From an uncultured Bacilli bacterium (GTDB taxonomy: Bacteria > Bacillota_I > Bacilli_A > RF39 > UBA660): a stretch of 63,321 bases of DNA. Position numbers and translations under genes: made by a program. Positions 43,637 to 55,762 of the stretch are shown here, in pieces. The stretch spans positions 1-63,321 of the forward strand of contig CANQSO010000001.1 in NCBI GenBank assembly GCA_947626535.1. Reading direction: 5' to 3'. The notes below the pieces were generated by a model. It was not told the origin of the DNA. It worked only from the letters and a program-made list of their open reading frames with translations, and did no database searches. Numbering within the stretch: position 1 is the first letter of the stretch; each line of letters starts with the position of its first letter.

Positions 43637-45613
43637 ATGCTATTTTCATATATAATTATTCTAGTTATAGTTTCTTTAATAATTATATTTTTATATTTTA
43701 TTGAGCCACTAGTAACTAGACAAAAAATAAAAAATAATAATGAACACGGTAGTGCAAGATGGGCAACAGAACAAGAGATTAAAAAGAACTTTAGAAAAGA
43801 GCAAGTTAGCCATATTGTAGAAAGTGGTTTTCCAGTATATTATTCAAAAGATAATAAATATGTATGGTTTGATATGGTTACGCCACACTATATTTATTTA
43901 GGCTCAACAGGAAGTGGCAAAAGTGCTACTGCCGTAATTCCCGAGTGTAGTTTTATTGCAACTGCCCAAATTAAAAAAAGTGTTTTTATAACCGATCCAA
44001 AAGGGGAAATATTTACTACTACGAGTAAAATGTTTAAAGATAATAAATACAATGTATTTACATTAGATTTTAGAAATCCAAAGTTTTCTAATCACTCTAA
44101 TCTGTTAGAAACGGCAATTATAGAATATGAATTATATGATAAAAATGATAAATTAAGTAAACAAGTAAATGAAGACAAACAAAAAATAAATTATAAAAAT
44201 GAGGCAATAACTCATTATGCCCAATGTAATCAAATAGTAAATGATATATGTACTATGATTATGTCAGATAAAACTGCAAAAGAGGCATTTTGGAATAATA
44301 GTGCTAGTGATTTACTTTATGGAATCATTTTTTTATTTTTGGAAGATTATGCCGATGGAAAAATAAAAAGAGAGCAAATAACTTTAACTTCTATGAAGAA
44401 ATTTCAAAATAGTTCAATGACTGATAAAAATATTAAAATTTTAAGAAAATATGTAGAGGCAAAGCCTTATGGCTTTAAAAGTAAAGATAAATTAATACCA
44501 ATTATATCTACAAGTGAAAATACTTATAAAAGTATAACTTCTATTTTTAATGAAAGAATGACTTTATTTGATGACGTTAATGTTGAAAATATCACATCAA
44601 ATTCTGATTTTGATTTTGATATTCTTGGTAAAGAGCCAACTGTATTGTATTGTTGTATACCTGATGAATCTAAAATCTATTATACTCTTGTATCAGTTGT
44701 AGTTTCTTTAATTTACAAAAGATTAGTTTTATTATGCAATATGCAATCGAATAAAAAATTGCCTACGGAATTAGTATTTTTACTTGATGAATTTGCTAAT
44801 ACTCCTCCATTACAAGATATTGAAACAATAGTGTCAGTAGCAAGAAGTAGAGGTATGTATTTTCAATTTTTCTTACAAAGTTTTGCTCAACTTGACAACT
44901 TATATGGTAAAGAAGTTAGTCAAATAATACAAGATAACTGTGGTCTTGCTTATCTTAAAACAAATACTCAAGAAACTGCCGAAGCAATTAGCTCTCGTCT
45001 TGGTACTCACGGAGTAGAAACTACATCTATAAATTATTCAATGAGTTATATGAATAATAATGGTAGTAAGGGAACAAGTCTTATTTCAAGAAGACTGTTA
45101 ACTGCCGATGAAATAAAACAACTACATTATAAAACTATTATCTTTTCAACGATAGGTTATCCAATATTCCGTGATACAGTAATTTATCAAAAATTTAGTT
45201 GTTATAAAGAGGGATTTATTGATAGAGAAATAAGACCACTTGAAAGACTAATAGGAACGTACTATACAGTTGAACAATTAAAGTTTGATAATGAAAATAG
45301 TGTTAATCAAGAGCCTAAACTTAATACTGCCGAATCGCAAATGAAAACAAAGTTAGTGTCTATTATAAATGAAGTCATAAAAATATTTGGAAAAATTGAT
45401 TTTAATGTTGAGTATATAAAAGAAAAAAATAACATTATAGCTCAATTATTTTTAGCACCTCCATTGTCTACTAACGATATAAAAAATTTAGAAGAATTGA
45501 GTAGTAATTTGAACTTTGAATATAATGCTATATCAGATAAAGAAAAAGTAAATAGGAAAAATAGAAACTCTCTAATAGAGATTTTTTTAGTTGAACGTGA
45601 AAAAGAAATATGA
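43637..45613 (+). CDS. Type IV coupling protein (VirD4/TraG family)
   Basis: N-terminal TM segment, Walker [11 protein letters not shown] and Walker B FLLDEFAN. Confidence 0.9.
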   Translation: MLFSYIIILVIVSLIIIFLYFIEPLVTRQKIKNNNEHGSARWATEQEIKKNFRKEQVSHIVESGFPVYYSKDNKYVWFDMVTPHYIYLGSTGSGKSATAVIPECSFIATAQIKKSVFITDPKGEIFTTTSKMFKDNKYNVFTLDFRNPKFSNHSNLLETAIIEYELYDKNDKLSKQVNEDKQKINYKNEAITHYAQCNQIVNDICTMIMSDKTAKEAFWNNSASDLLYGIIFLFLEDYADGKIKREQITLTSMKKFQNSSMTDKNIKILRKYVEAKPYGFKSKDKLIPIISTSENTYKSITSIFNERMTLFDDVNVENITSNSDFDFDILGKEPTVLYCCIPDESKIYYTLVSVVVSLIYKRLVLLCNMQSNKKLPTELVFLLDEFANTPPLQDIETIVSVARSRGMYFQFFLQSFAQLDNLYGKEVSQIIQDNCGLAYLKTNTQETAEAISSRLGTHGVETTSINYSMSYMNNNGSKGTSLISRRLLTADEIKQLHYKTIIFSTIGYPIFRDTVIYQKFSCYKEGFIDREIRPLERLIGTYYTVEQLKFDNENSVNQEPKLNTAESQMKTKLVSIINEVIKIFGKIDFNVEYIKEKNNIIAQLFLAPPLSTNDIKNLEELSSNLNFEYNAISDKEKVNRKNRNSLIEIFLVEREKEI

Positions 45614-48600
45614 AAGAAGGTGTAAAAGTGAAAGATAAATTTTTAGAAAAATTTATTGCCTTAAGAGATGAAACTTTAGAAGATATACAATTAAATGCAA
45701 ATAATTGGAATCAGTTTATTTCTTTTTGGTCTAATATATTAGAAAAGCATACCATTGAAAATATTCTTAATTTATATGCATATAACTCAAGTGGCAAAGT
45801 ATTTATGACATTTGATGAGTGGAACAGTGAAGAAATAGGTAGAAGAATAAAACCTAAAAGTAAAGGAATACCAATTTTTAGTCATAATGGTAAAGTTTAT
45901 GTTTTTGATATAAAGCAGACTTATGGGAAAAAATATGAAGAATGGCAATATAATCATCAAATAGATAATGCAATTTTGGAATATTATCAAAATAGTATAA
46001 ATCTTAATAGAAATGACAATAAAAATCTAAATGAAAATTTTTATGATACTTTTTATGAAATATCATTACAACATATCGCAAATAATTATAAAACACTTAA
46101 TTCTGATGAGGTGGAGTTTACTGCAAGAACAATTACTTCACTTTTTTTGGCAAAGTCTAATTTCAATATTTATAATCTTCCTAATTCTCACGAAATGTTA
46201 CAAGAATTAGATATAGTTGATATTTTAGTTTGTATGGAAATTGCCAATAAAGAAACTGCTATACTTTATAAAGATTTTATAAAAAAAGCTACTATATTAG
46301 AATCTATTCAAAATAATATTCAAAATAATGTTCTTTCTCAATTTAAAGAAAATAATTTTTTAACTGAAGAAGAAAAACAAGACTTTATTTTTGACTTAGA
46401 ACTCAATACTCATATTGATGAAAAAACTCTAAATAGTATCTATGATAGTTATATTAAAAAATATGAAAAAGCTTTCAAAAAAACAGTTGAAAATTCTGAT
46501 GAAACTGATATAGAAAAAACTAATGAAATAAAACAAAAAATAAAAACAACGAGTGATGATTCTAATGAGCAATTATCATTGTTTGCACCAAGAGAAGAAG
46601 AATTGGCAAATAAACTTTGTGATATATTCAATTCTTTTGATACCAAATATCAAAATACTTTTGAAATCAGTAATGTTGAATTACAAGTGTGGGAGCATAC
46701 ACCTAGTAAAAAAAGAAATTTGAGTATTATCTTAACGAGTTCTTTAATTGAAGACTTTGCCGATAGAGAAAATAGTTTTACTTATTTTAATAGTGATAAA
46801 ACTGATGAAAAAAAATTAAATGATTCAATAGTAAATAATGCTTTTATTCAATCATTATACAAAGATAAAGATTTTTCAATTACATTTACTCCTAGTTTGA
46901 TTCATATTCATTGGCTCAATTTTGATAATAAAAAGTTTGATATGGATATACCTAGTACGAAGTTAGTAGACCAAAATGAAATTGATAGTCAAGAACTAGA
47001 AAAAATCGATGATGAAATATCTGCTATTACTGACAATAAAGTAGATTATAAAGTTACTACTACTGAAATAATACCAACTCTTAATGGTATTAAAACTAAT
47101 GTAATAGAGGAACATAGTTATAATAAAGAAAATGTAGAAATTAAAGAAGAATATCCACCACTTAATTATCATATTAGCGATGATAAAGTTGATACAAGTT
47201 TTGGTGCTAAAACGAGATTTGAAGATAACATAAAAGCAATAGAACTTTTAAAAAAATTGGAACAAGAAGATAGAAATGCAACAAAAGAGGAACAAGATAT
47301 TTTATCACGTTATGTAGGTTGGGGTGGAATAGCCGATGCTTTTGATGAAAGAAAAGAAAATTGGCAAAAGGAAAGAGAAAGATTAAAACAACTTTTAAAT
47401 GATGAAGAATATAAAGCAGCCTCTCATTCAACTCTATCTTCTTTTTATACTCCTAACATAGCCATAGATGGAATATATAAAGTATTAAAACAGTTCGGAT
47501 TTGAAAAGGGAAACATTTTAGAGCCAAGTTGTGCTATTGGAAATTTTTTTGGAAGATTACCTAGTGAATTTGAAAAATCTAAATTATATGGTGTAGAGAT
47601 AGATAGTATAAGTGGTAGGATTGCCAAAAAATTATATCCAAATGCTAAGATAGAAATAAATGGTTATGAGGATTCAAAAGTTGTTGATGATTTTTTTGAT
47701 ATTGCAATAGGAAATGTTCCTTTTGGAAGTAATAGTGTATATGATAAAAGATATAAAGATAAATTTTTAATCCACGATTACTTTTTTCAAAAAACGCTAG
47801 ATAAAGTTAGAGATGGAGGAATAATTGCTTTTATTACTACTGATGGAACATTAGATAAAAAAGATACAAAAGTAAGAGAATATATTGCAAAAAGAGCAGA
47901 GTTTTTAGGTGCAATTAGATTGCCAAATAATACTTTTTTAGGCAATGCCAATACAAAAGTTACATCTGACATTATATTTCTAAAAAAAAGAGATGAGCTA
48001 AAACAAGATTTAAGTGATGAAAAATGGATTTATACAAGTGAATATGAAGATGGAATAGTTATAAATAATTATTATATCGATAATCCGAATATGATGCTTG
48101 GCAAAATGGAATTGCACTCAACTCCTTATGGTTACGATAATACCTTATCACCAATAGATGATGATATGAATAATTTAATGAGCCAAGCTATAAAAGAATT
48201 GCCAAGTAATATATATGAGGCAACTGAATTTGTTCAAAATGAAGATACTGATTATGAAATATTAGAGGCAGAAGATAATATTAAAAATAATGCTTTTATA
48301 ATTATAAATAAAGATGGCAAAGATATTATTTATCAAAGACAATCTTCTAATTTAATACCGTATAGTGTTCAAGATGGTATGGGAGCCAAAAGAATTATTG
48401 GTCTTTGTAAAGTAAAAAATGCTTTAAGAGAAGTTTTTGATGTGCAACTTCGTGATGGGACTGATGAAGAATTATCACTTGCACAACAAAAATTGAGTAA
48501 AGAGTATGATGAATTTTACAAAAAGTATGGTTATATCAATGATAAAGTAAATGAAAGAGTGTTTGATAGTGATCCGGATTATTATTTACTAACTTCTATC

Positions 48601-51600
48601 GAAAATAAAATTAGTAGAGATGAGGAAGATGACAAGCCTAAATATGTAAAAGGTGATGTATTTACCAAAAGAACAATAAGAAAAAATAAAGTAATAACAA
48701 GTGCAGAAGATGCCGAATCTGCACTTCGCTATTCTTTAAATAATCGTGGTTGCGTAGATTTTGAATATATGAAAACTTTATATCCAAAAAGTGAAGAAGA
48801 AATTATAGAAGAACTTGATAATTTAATTTATCAAGACCCTGAAAAAATAAATGAATTTAATAAAGGTTGGGTTATAGCAAGTGAGTATTTAAGTGGCAAT
48901 GTAAAACAAAAATTAAATTATGCCAAAACAGTAAATGAAGATAATAAATATGATAAAAATATAAAAGAACTTGAAAAGGTACAACCAACACCACTAGAAT
49001 ATGATGAAATAAGTATCAAACTAGGCTCTACTTGGATACCGGAAGATATATATCATCAATTTTGTTGCGAACTTTTAGATATTCCTAGTTGGAATAAGAG
49101 TCATTTGAAAATAAAGTATGCAAAAGAAGTTAATACTTGGCTATTTCAAGCAAGTGGGTTATATGGCTATGGAGTTAAAAATACAAATACTTGGGGAACT
49201 AAACGAGCTGATGCTTTATCTTTAATTAAAAATGCTTTAAATCTTCAAAGTGTAACAATATATGACAAATTAGATGATGAAAGAAGAGTTGTAAATCCTA
49301 TTGAAACGGCAAATGCTAGAGAAAAGCAAGAACTTATTAAACAAGAATTTAAAGAGTGGGTATGGAAAGATGAAGAACGAAGAAATAGACTAACTAAAAT
49401 ATATAATGAACAATTTAATTGTATAAAAGAAAGAGAATATGATGGTAGTCATTTAACGTTTGACGGTATGAATCCAACTATTGAACTTCGTGAACATCAA
49501 AAAAATGCCGTAGCTCGTGCTATATATGGAGGAAACACTTTACTTGCCCACGCAGTAGGAGCAGGAAAAACTTATGAGTGTATTGCTAGTGCTATGGAAT
49601 TAAAAAGACTTGGTATTGTCAATAAGCCAATGTTTGTTGTTCCCAATCACTTGTTAGGGCAATGGGCTAATGAAATTTTGAAACTTTATCCTACTGCCAA
49701 TATTTTAGTAGCAACGCAAAAAGATTTTGAAAAAACTAGAAGAAAAAAATTAATGGCAAAAATAGCAACAGGAGAATGGGACGCCGTTTTAATTGCTCAT
49801 TCTAGTTTTGGACTTATTCCAATGAGCAAAGAATATGAACAAAAATATATGGAAGAACAAATTGAAGAAGTAGTTAATGCTATTGATAGAATAAAACAAG
49901 AAACTGGTGGCGAATTAAGTGTTAAAAAACTTGAACAAATAAAAACAAGTTTAGATACAAAATTAAAAGCATTATTAGATAGACCAAAAGATGATGTAGT
50001 AACATTTGAAGAGCTTGGTGTAGATGAATTAATTGTAGATGAAGCTCATATGTTCAAAAATTTACCTATGTACTCAAAAATAAGAAACGTTGCAGGAGTT
50101 AATAATACGGAAAGTAAAAAAGCAACTGATTTATTTATGAAAATATCTTATATTCTTGAAAATAATGGAGGAAAAGGAGCAATATTTGCAACAGGAACTC
50201 CTATATCAAATTCAATGGGTGAATTATTTGTAATGCAAAAATATCTTCAAATTGATAGATTACGTGAAATAGGGCTAGAACATTTTGATGAATGGGCATC
50301 AACGTTTGGTGAAGTTGTTAATAGCTTTGAAATTGCTCCCGATGGTAGTGGTTTTAGGACAAAAGCACGATTTGCTCAATTCTTTAATATTCCTGAACTA
50401 ATGGCTCTATTCAAAGAAGTAGCAGACATAAAAACTTCTAAAATGTTAGATTTACCCGTACCAAAATTAAAAGGTGGCGAATATAAAACAATAGTTGCTC
50501 CAAAAAGTGAAGAATTAGGCGAATATGTAGAAAAATTAGCAGAAAGAAGTGAAAGAATTAGAAATGGGTGTGATCCAAGACAGGACAATATGCTTTTAGT
50601 AACAAATGATGGTAGAAAGGCAGCTCTAGATTTACGAATGATAGACTCAAGTATGCCAGACTTAAAAAATTCAAAAATAAATATGGCAGTAGAAAATATT
50701 TATAAAATATGGTTAGAAAATCAAGAAGACAGGTTAACGCAACTTGTCTTTTGTGATTTATCTACTCCTAAAAATGATGGAACTTTTAATGTCTATGATG
50801 ATATTAAAAATAAGTTGATTGCTAAAGGAATACCTGAAAATGAAATTGAATTTATTCATAATGCTAAAACTAATCCTCAAAAGTTAAAATTGTTTGAAGA
50901 TATGCGAAATGGAACAAAGAGAATACTTATAGGCTCAACTTCTAAAATGGGAGCAGGTATGAATGTTCAAGATAAACTTATTGCTTTACACCATTTAGAC
51001 TGTCCTTGGCGACCATCTGATATAGAACAAAGAGAAGGTAGAATATTAAGACAGGGAAATCAAAATGAAGAAGTTGAGATATATAGATATGTTACTGAGG
51101 GTAGTTTTGATGCTTATTCTTATCAACTAATTCAAACAAAATCAACATTTATAAATCAAATAATGGCAGATAGTAATAGTGGAGGAAGAACAGCTGAAGA
51201 CTTAGATAGAGATACACTTACTTATGCCGAAGTTAAAGCTATTGCGAGTGGAAATCAATTAATACTAGATAAATTTAAAGTTGAAAATGAATTAAAACAA
51301 TTATATTTATCAAAAAGTAGATATGATAAATCCCATTTAGAACTTGAAACAAAGTATAATAATGAACTTCCAAGACAATTAAAATATCAAAAACAATATT
51401 TAAGTGGTCTTGAAGAGGACTTAAAAAATGTAAAGGATATATCTGGTGATAATTTCACGATTACTATTAGAGATACGACATATAATTCAAGAAAAGATGC
51501 AAGTACAAAGCTTTATGAAACATTCTCACTCCTAAAACCTAAAGAAGAAACTAAATTAGGCGAAATTAGTGGCTTTGATATTATTGGTACTAAAGATGAA

Positions 51601-51930
51601 TTATGGTATAAACCTATCATTTATATAAAGGGAGCAGGAAAATATAAAGTTGAAATAAATAATATAGATGAGATAGGTAATATTTATAAGCTAGAAAATA
51701 TGCTAAAAAGTTTTGAGAATAAAATTAATACTGTAAAAAGTCAAATTGATTATACGGAAAAACAATTAGTTGATATTAAGGAAGAATTAGATAAAGAATT
51801 TAAAGGACAAGATAGAATTAAAGAATTACAAAAAGAAAAAGCTCGAATTGATAGTGAACTTGATTTGGATAAACAAGAAAATATGAGAAATATAGAAGAA
51901 GATATTAATGAAAAGGAAATGGAAAGATAG
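45610..51930 (+). CDS. Giant N6-adenine DNA methyltransferase / SNF2-type helicase fusion protein
   Basis: 2106 aa. Methylase motifs [12 protein letters not shown] and GNVPFG. Helicase motifs [15 protein letters not shown] and GTPISNS, plus a C-terminal helicase lobe. Confidence 0.9.
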   Translation: MKEGVKVKDKFLEKFIALRDETLEDIQLNANNWNQFISFWSNILEKHTIENILNLYAYNSSGKVFMTFDEWNSEEIGRRIKPKSKGIPIFSHNGKVYVFDIKQTYGKKYEEWQYNHQIDNAILEYYQNSINLNRNDNKNLNENFYDTFYEISLQHIANNYKTLNSDEVEFTARTITSLFLAKSNFNIYNLPNSHEMLQELDIVDILVCMEIANKETAILYKDFIKKATILESIQNNIQNNVLSQFKENNFLTEEEKQDFIFDLELNTHIDEKTLNSIYDSYIKKYEKAFKKTVENSDETDIEKTNEIKQKIKTTSDDSNEQLSLFAPREEELANKLCDIFNSFDTKYQNTFEISNVELQVWEHTPSKKRNLSIILTSSLIEDFADRENSFTYFNSDKTDEKKLNDSIVNNAFIQSLYKDKDFSITFTPSLIHIHWLNFDNKKFDMDIPSTKLVDQNEIDSQELEKIDDEISAITDNKVDYKVTTTEIIPTLNGIKTNVIEEHSYNKENVEIKEEYPPLNYHISDDKVDTSFGAKTRFEDNIKAIELLKKLEQEDRNATKEEQDILSRYVGWGGIADAFDERKENWQKERERLKQLLNDEEYKAASHSTLSSFYTPNIAIDGIYKVLKQFGFEKGNILEPSCAIGNFFGRLPSEFEKSKLYGVEIDSISGRIAKKLYPNAKIEINGYEDSKVVDDFFDIAIGNVPFGSNSVYDKRYKDKFLIHDYFFQKTLDKVRDGGIIAFITTDGTLDKKDTKVREYIAKRAEFLGAIRLPNNTFLGNANTKVTSDIIFLKKRDELKQDLSDEKWIYTSEYEDGIVINNYYIDNPNMMLGKMELHSTPYGYDNTLSPIDDDMNNLMSQAIKELPSNIYEATEFVQNEDTDYEILEAEDNIKNNAFIIINKDGKDIIYQRQSSNLIPYSVQDGMGAKRIIGLCKVKNALREVFDVQLRDGTDEELSLAQQKLSKEYDEFYKKYGYINDKVNERVFDSDPDYYLLTSIENKISRDEEDDKPKYVKGDVFTKRTIRKNKVITSAEDAESALRYSLNNRGCVDFEYMKTLYPKSEEEIIEELDNLIYQDPEKINEFNKGWVIASEYLSGNVKQKLNYAKTVNEDNKYDKNIKELEKVQPTPLEYDEISIKLGSTWIPEDIYHQFCCELLDIPSWNKSHLKIKYAKEVNTWLFQASGLYGYGVKNTNTWGTKRADALSLIKNALNLQSVTIYDKLDDERRVVNPIETANAREKQELIKQEFKEWVWKDEERRNRLTKIYNEQFNCIKEREYDGSHLTFDGMNPTIELREHQKNAVARAIYGGNTLLAHAVGAGKTYECIASAMELKRLGIVNKPMFVVPNHLLGQWANEILKLYPTANILVATQKDFEKTRRKKLMAKIATGEWDAVLIAHSSFGLIPMSKEYEQKYMEEQIEEVVNAIDRIKQETGGELSVKKLEQIKTSLDTKLKALLDRPKDDVVTFEELGVDELIVDEAHMFKNLPMYSKIRNVAGVNNTESKKATDLFMKISYILENNGGKGAIFATGTPISNSMGELFVMQKYLQIDRLREIGLEHFDEWASTFGEVVNSFEIAPDGSGFRTKARFAQFFNIPELMALFKEVADIKTSKMLDLPVPKLKGGEYKTIVAPKSEELGEYVEKLAERSERIRNGCDPRQDNMLLVTNDGRKAALDLRMIDSSMPDLKNSKINMAVENIYKIWLENQEDRLTQLVFCDLSTPKNDGTFNVYDDIKNKLIAKGIPENEIEFIHNAKTNPQKLKLFEDMRNGTKRILIGSTSKMGAGMNVQDKLIALHHLDCPWRPSDIEQREGRILRQGNQNEEVEIYRYVTEGSFDAYSYQLIQTKSTFINQIMADSNSGGRTAEDLDRDTLTYAEVKAIASGNQLILDKFKVENELKQLYLSKSRYDKSHLELETKYNNELPRQLKYQKQYLSGLEEDLKNVKDISGDNFTITIRDTTYNSRKDASTKLYETFSLLKPKEETKLGEISGFDIIGTKDELWYKPIIYIKGAGKYKVEINNIDEIGNIYKLENMLKSFENKINTVKSQIDYTEKQLVDIKEELDKEFKGQDRIKELQKEKARIDSELDLDKQENMRNIEEDINEKEMER

Positions 51931-51957
51931 ATAGGTTTACGATTTTTTAAAAAAAAT

Positions 51958-51992
51958 ATCTTGCAAAATTCATTTTTTTAAGTGATTAATAG
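51958..51992 (+). promoter_or_regulatory. Conserved promoter-like box, copy 2
   Basis: ATCTTGCAAAATTCATTTTTTTAAGTGATTAATAGT. Confidence 0.5.
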
Positions 51993-52191
51993 TTTGAACA
52001 AAAAATGCCATTAAATATACTTAATTTAATTGATATTGAATTTGAACTTAACGATTGAATAGTTATAAGCATAAAAAAATAATATCGCTTAAAATGGCTT
52101 TAAATTGATTTTTATGAAAGGAGTTGTTTTATGCTCGTAGAAAATAACATTATATTAACAAAAAATAAAAGTAATAAGGGAGGAATGAATT

Positions 52192-52707
52192 ATGTATATT
52201 ACTGAAACTACTGAAAATGTAAGAAAACTAATTAAAGAAATTGAAGAATTAGATGATATTAACAAAATGAGATTTCTAATTTATGTATTTGGCTTATTAA
52301 ATAATAATCAAATAAACAATAAGAATGAATCAAATCCAGATTTATTGGAAGATGATAATCTAGAAATATTTAATTTCACATCATTAGGATTTTCAGAAAA
52401 CACTTTTACTATATTTTTACAATATTTAGCTATGGTTTATAACATTTTGATAAGAAAAAAACAGGCTTATGAGGAAAATGGCAATGTTTTAGGTATTGAA
52501 TTAGATGAAATAGACAAAACTATTGCATCAAAGTTTGAAAAATTAAGTTTTATAGAAAAGTTAAACGTAATTAGTGAATTAATAATAAGGTATGATAATG
52601 AAACTTATTTTGAAAGTGAATTAACTATTCTACCATTTGATTCAAAGACTAATGGATATGTTGTTGCAAAGATGATACAAGATTACATAAATAAATTGGG
52701 TAAATAG
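52192..52707 (+). CDS. Hypothetical protein
   Basis: 171-aa ORF with RBS AAGGGAGGAA. Confidence 0.6.
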   Translation: MYITETTENVRKLIKEIEELDDINKMRFLIYVFGLLNNNQINNKNESNPDLLEDDNLEIFNFTSLGFSENTFTIFLQYLAMVYNILIRKKQAYEENGNVLGIELDEIDKTIASKFEKLSFIEKLNVISELIIRYDNETYFESELTILPFDSKTNGYVVAKMIQDYINKLGK

Positions 52708-52708
52708 T

Positions 52709-53290
52709 ATGGAAAAAAGAGAATATGAAATTTTATGGAATTACTACTATGGACTTGGCAAAGTAACTAAAGTAGGAATAGAAGATATAAGGACTTTAGA
52801 TAAGAAAAAACTCATTAAAAGAATTTACGAAATAATTGATAATGATTACAATGAAGTGTGGTATTTAATTAGAGATAAAAAAGAAAAAAGTCATATTTTA
52901 AAATCAAAGTATGGCAATTATTATGCTAATGAACTAATGAAAGAATTTAACGAAAAATATACATTTTTTAAAATTACAACTGATTTAATAAAAATGTTTG
53001 ATAAAAATATTTATCCGATTGTTTTTAAAGTTAAAGAAGAAGATTTTAAAAACTTCTATAATAATGAAAAAAATATAAACAATGCTTTTTTCAACAATTA
53101 TTACTCTTATATTGATAATACTTATAAATCTGTACGTGAATATAGAAATAAAGTTGAAACTGAAACTTTTGATAAAGAGGAAGATGCAGTATATTGGTGT
53201 TCAAATATTGAACTTACAAAACAACAAATTTTAAGCAATAATATAAGACCTTTTGATTTAAAAGAAAAGGTATATAACTATGATTCTTAA
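52709..53290 (+). CDS. Hypothetical protein
   Basis: 193-aa ORF, coupled to the previous gene. Confidence 0.6.
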   Translation: MEKREYEILWNYYYGLGKVTKVGIEDIRTLDKKKLIKRIYEIIDNDYNEVWYLIRDKKEKSHILKSKYGNYYANELMKEFNEKYTFFKITTDLIKMFDKNIYPIVFKVKEEDFKNFYNNEKNINNAFFNNYYSYIDNTYKSVREYRNKVETETFDKEEDAVYWCSNIELTKQQILSNNIRPFDLKEKVYNYDS

Positions 53291-53308
53291 GAAAGGAGGA
53301 TTTTTAAA

Positions 53309-53641
53309 ATGATTAACAACAATGATGTTTGTCAAACATTAAAAAAAATGACATTAGAAGAGTTTGCAAAAATATTAAGTGGTTATAATGAAATGAAAAT
53401 TAACAATGAAAAAGTTATAGAAAAATATGAAGAAGAAAATAAAAAAATTTATTATACAGTAGATGAACTCATTGAAGTATATCCATTTTTTACAAGGTAT
53501 AACATTAATAAGGCAATTCAAAAATGTGGATTGCCTTATTTTACGATAGGCAATAGGAGAATGTTTAATAAAGATGACGTTGAAAAATGGCTAGAAAAAG
53601 AGTCAAAAGTAAAAAAAGAAAAAACTAAATATGATATTTGA
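53309..53641 (+). CDS. Excisionase-type (MerR-like HTH) DNA-binding protein
   Basis: YYTVDELIEVYPFFTRYNINKAIQKCGLPYFTIGNRRMFNKDDVEKWL. Lies directly upstream of the integrase. Confidence 0.6.
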   Translation: MINNNDVCQTLKKMTLEEFAKILSGYNEMKINNEKVIEKYEEENKKIYYTVDELIEVYPFFTRYNINKAIQKCGLPYFTIGNRRMFNKDDVEKWLEKESKVKKEKTKYDI

Positions 53642-53655
53642 CGGAGGAATTAGTT

Positions 53656-55431
53656 ATGCAAGAGAGAGTTGAAAAATATATTTATTATATTGCAGAAAAC
53701 AAGTATAGAGTAAAATTTTTAAAAATAGATAAGAAAAATAATAAAAGAATAAACTTCGATCAATATGTGTGTGGAACATTGGAAGAAGCTATAAAATTAA
53801 GAGATGACAAACTTAAAGAAAATGGTTTGACTTTAGAAAAAGTTGTAGAAGATAAAGTTGATATATTTGCTATAGATGAAGATGAGGATAAAATTACACA
53901 AGAAAATAAGCCGAAAAAATCACGAAAAAATGCAGAAAATAATGATAAAACTAAAGTAGATAAATATATTTATGAAATCGAAAAAGGGAAAAAATATAGG
54001 ATATTTATAAGAAAAGGTGGAACAAATGGACAAAAAGGCGATTATTATTCTGAAATATTTAATGGAACATTACCACAAGCAAGAAAACAAAGAGATATGC
54101 AACTTGCTAATTTAAAATTAAAAAATGGAAAAAGTGATAAAGGAAATATTAAATTTATTGATTTTGTAAGAATTTACTATAAAGAATATGCAGAAGTAGA
54201 ATTAAGTCCTACAACAGTAAGTGGTGGAAAATGCGAATTAAAAAATTATGTTTTGCCAGAGATAGCTAATATGCCATTAAATAAAATTGATGCGTTAGTA
54301 ATACAAAGAATAATAAATAATTTAAAAGTTAGAGATAAGGAAAAGCCAGATAAAAATGGAAATGTTCAAAAATTATCAATTACTAGCGTAAACAATGTAT
54401 ATAGACTATTAAGGAAAATATTTAATAAAGCTATTGCGTGGGACTATATTAATGTTAATCCTGTAACGAAAGTAACAGCTCCGGGAGTATCAAAAATAGA
54501 AAAACAATCTTATAATAGAGAGGAATTATTAGAACTATTAGAAATTTTAAAAAAAGAAGATATTTTCACCGAAGCATTATTTACTATTGCTATATGTACA
54601 GGATTAAGACGTGGAGAATTAGTTGGTTTGCACGTTGAAGATATTGATTTTATCAACAATATGATTTTTATAAAAAGAGCTGCAGTATGGGACGCACAAA
54701 ATAAAAAAATAGTAGAGAAAGCCACTAAAACTAAAGGCAGTGTCAGAGAAGTACCTATGCCATTATTTTGCACCGAAACAATAAAAGAATATTTAAAATC
54801 AAGAGATAGAGCTATTCAAAGATTTAAAAGGAAAGATAAAAATTATATTGCACCAAAAAATTTGTTTTTAAGTAAAAATGGAGGAATAATGTTTCCAGAT
54901 ACTCCATCAAGTAAATGGCTAAAGTTTAGAAATAAACATAAAGAAATAAGAAATGTATCTCTACACGGATTAAGACACAGTTATTGCACTATGCAAATGA
55001 ATGAAAATCCAAATTTATCACCTGCCGATGTAAAAAAATTGATGGGGCATTCTCAATTAGCAACAACATTCATTTACACTCATTCTAACGAAGATAAAAC
55101 GCAAGAGGCAATATCAGTATTTGATAAGTATTACAATGACAATAAAGAAATTAAAGTTAACTTTAATCAAATGTTATCATTATATACAAGAATGAATTTT
55201 GCATCAAAAAGAGAATTAGATGAATTATTAAAGTTTGCAGTAGATTTAAAAGTAGCAGAAGATGAAAAATATAATATGATAAAACAATATATTGATAATA
55301 GGTATCCTATGTTCAAAAAAATAGACATATCTAATATTAATTTTAGTAATGTTTGGGATATTTTAGATTTATATAAACAAAAATATGGTGATGAATTTAT
55401 ATTATCACCAATTAATAAAACAGTAGACTAG
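53656..55431 (+). CDS. Tyrosine recombinase / integrase with a duplicated N-terminal module
   Basis: TGLRRGEL, HGLRHSYCT and FIYTHS (R..HxxR..Y). Start refined to MQERVEKY (RBS GGAGGA). Confidence 0.9.
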   Translation: MQERVEKYIYYIAENKYRVKFLKIDKKNNKRINFDQYVCGTLEEAIKLRDDKLKENGLTLEKVVEDKVDIFAIDEDEDKITQENKPKKSRKNAENNDKTKVDKYIYEIEKGKKYRIFIRKGGTNGQKGDYYSEIFNGTLPQARKQRDMQLANLKLKNGKSDKGNIKFIDFVRIYYKEYAEVELSPTTVSGGKCELKNYVLPEIANMPLNKIDALVIQRIINNLKVRDKEKPDKNGNVQKLSITSVNNVYRLLRKIFNKAIAWDYINVNPVTKVTAPGVSKIEKQSYNREELLELLEILKKEDIFTEALFTIAICTGLRRGELVGLHVEDIDFINNMIFIKRAAVWDAQNKKIVEKATKTKGSVREVPMPLFCTETIKEYLKSRDRAIQRFKRKDKNYIAPKNLFLSKNGGIMFPDTPSSKWLKFRNKHKEIRNVSLHGLRHSYCTMQMNENPNLSPADVKKLMGHSQLATTFIYTHSNEDKTQEAISVFDKYYNDNKEIKVNFNQMLSLYTRMNFASKRELDELLKFAVDLKVAEDEKYNMIKQYIDNRYPMFKKIDISNINFSNVWDILDLYKQKYGDEFILSPINKTVD

Positions 55432-55469
55432 CAAGAAATTTTAGTTAGGATAGCATTTTTTAAAAAAGT

Positions 55470-55491
55470 GTCGCGAATTTGTCGCGAATTT
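55470..55491. repeat. Two tandem 11-bp direct repeats, candidate integrase arm sites
   Basis: GTCGCGAATTT repeated twice, conspicuously GC-rich for this DNA. Lies 145 nt from the att core. Confidence 0.45.
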
Positions 55492-55633
55492 TGAAAAATT
55501 TTATTTAAAATAATCAACATTTTCCTTTTAATTTAAAAAAATTCAATTTAAAAAATTGTTTAATTTCATAATTAAAATAAGGTTTTTAAAAAAATCGACA
55601 CGTATTTGAGTATTTGAAATTGTTAATGACTTT

Positions 55634-55678
55634 CTCCTAAGTCGTAAGTCGGCAGTTCAAATCTGCCCGGGAACACCA
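55634..55678 (+). other. 3' fragment of a tRNA gene (anticodon loop to CCA), probable attR of the ICE
   Basis: CTCCTAA-GTCGT-AAGTC-GGCAG-TTCAAAT-CTGCC-CGGGAAC-A-CCA. The T-arm and acceptor 3' strand are intact. The anticodon would be CCU (Arg). No matching 5' acceptor strand lies upstream. Confidence 0.55.
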
Positions 55679-55686
55679 TTATGTAA

Positions 55687-55712
55687 TTAAGAACTGATTA
55701 TTGGTTCTTTTA
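55687..55712 (+). terminator. Terminator after the tRNA fragment
   Basis: AAGAAC-tgattattg-GTTCTT followed by TTT. Confidence 0.5.
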
Positions 55713-55731
55713 TTATTGCCTAAAAACAAAT

Positions 55732-55762
55732 AAAACTAGAGTGCGCTCTCTAGTTTCTTTTT
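55732..55762. terminator. Bidirectional terminator
   Basis: CTAGAG-tgcgct-CTCTAG, flanked by A4 on one side and a T-run on the other. Confidence 0.6.

Larger units (their letters stand above)
24034..55678 (+). mobile_element. Integrative conjugative element, core modules only. The left limit is not defined and may extend to or beyond position 1
   Basis: Contains a regulator, adhesin and sortase, T4SS (VirB6/B3/B4-like, M23 hydrolase), candidate oriT, relaxase, T4CP, methylase-SNF2 and xis-int, and ends at the tRNA 3' fragment. Confidence 0.7.

Noticed and set aside
55603-55678. A complete tRNA gene
   Set aside because: Only the anticodon loop, variable loop, T-arm and acceptor 3' strand are present. 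The expected 5' acceptor strand GTTCCCG and a D-arm are absent, and the anticodon-stem 5' strand mismatches.
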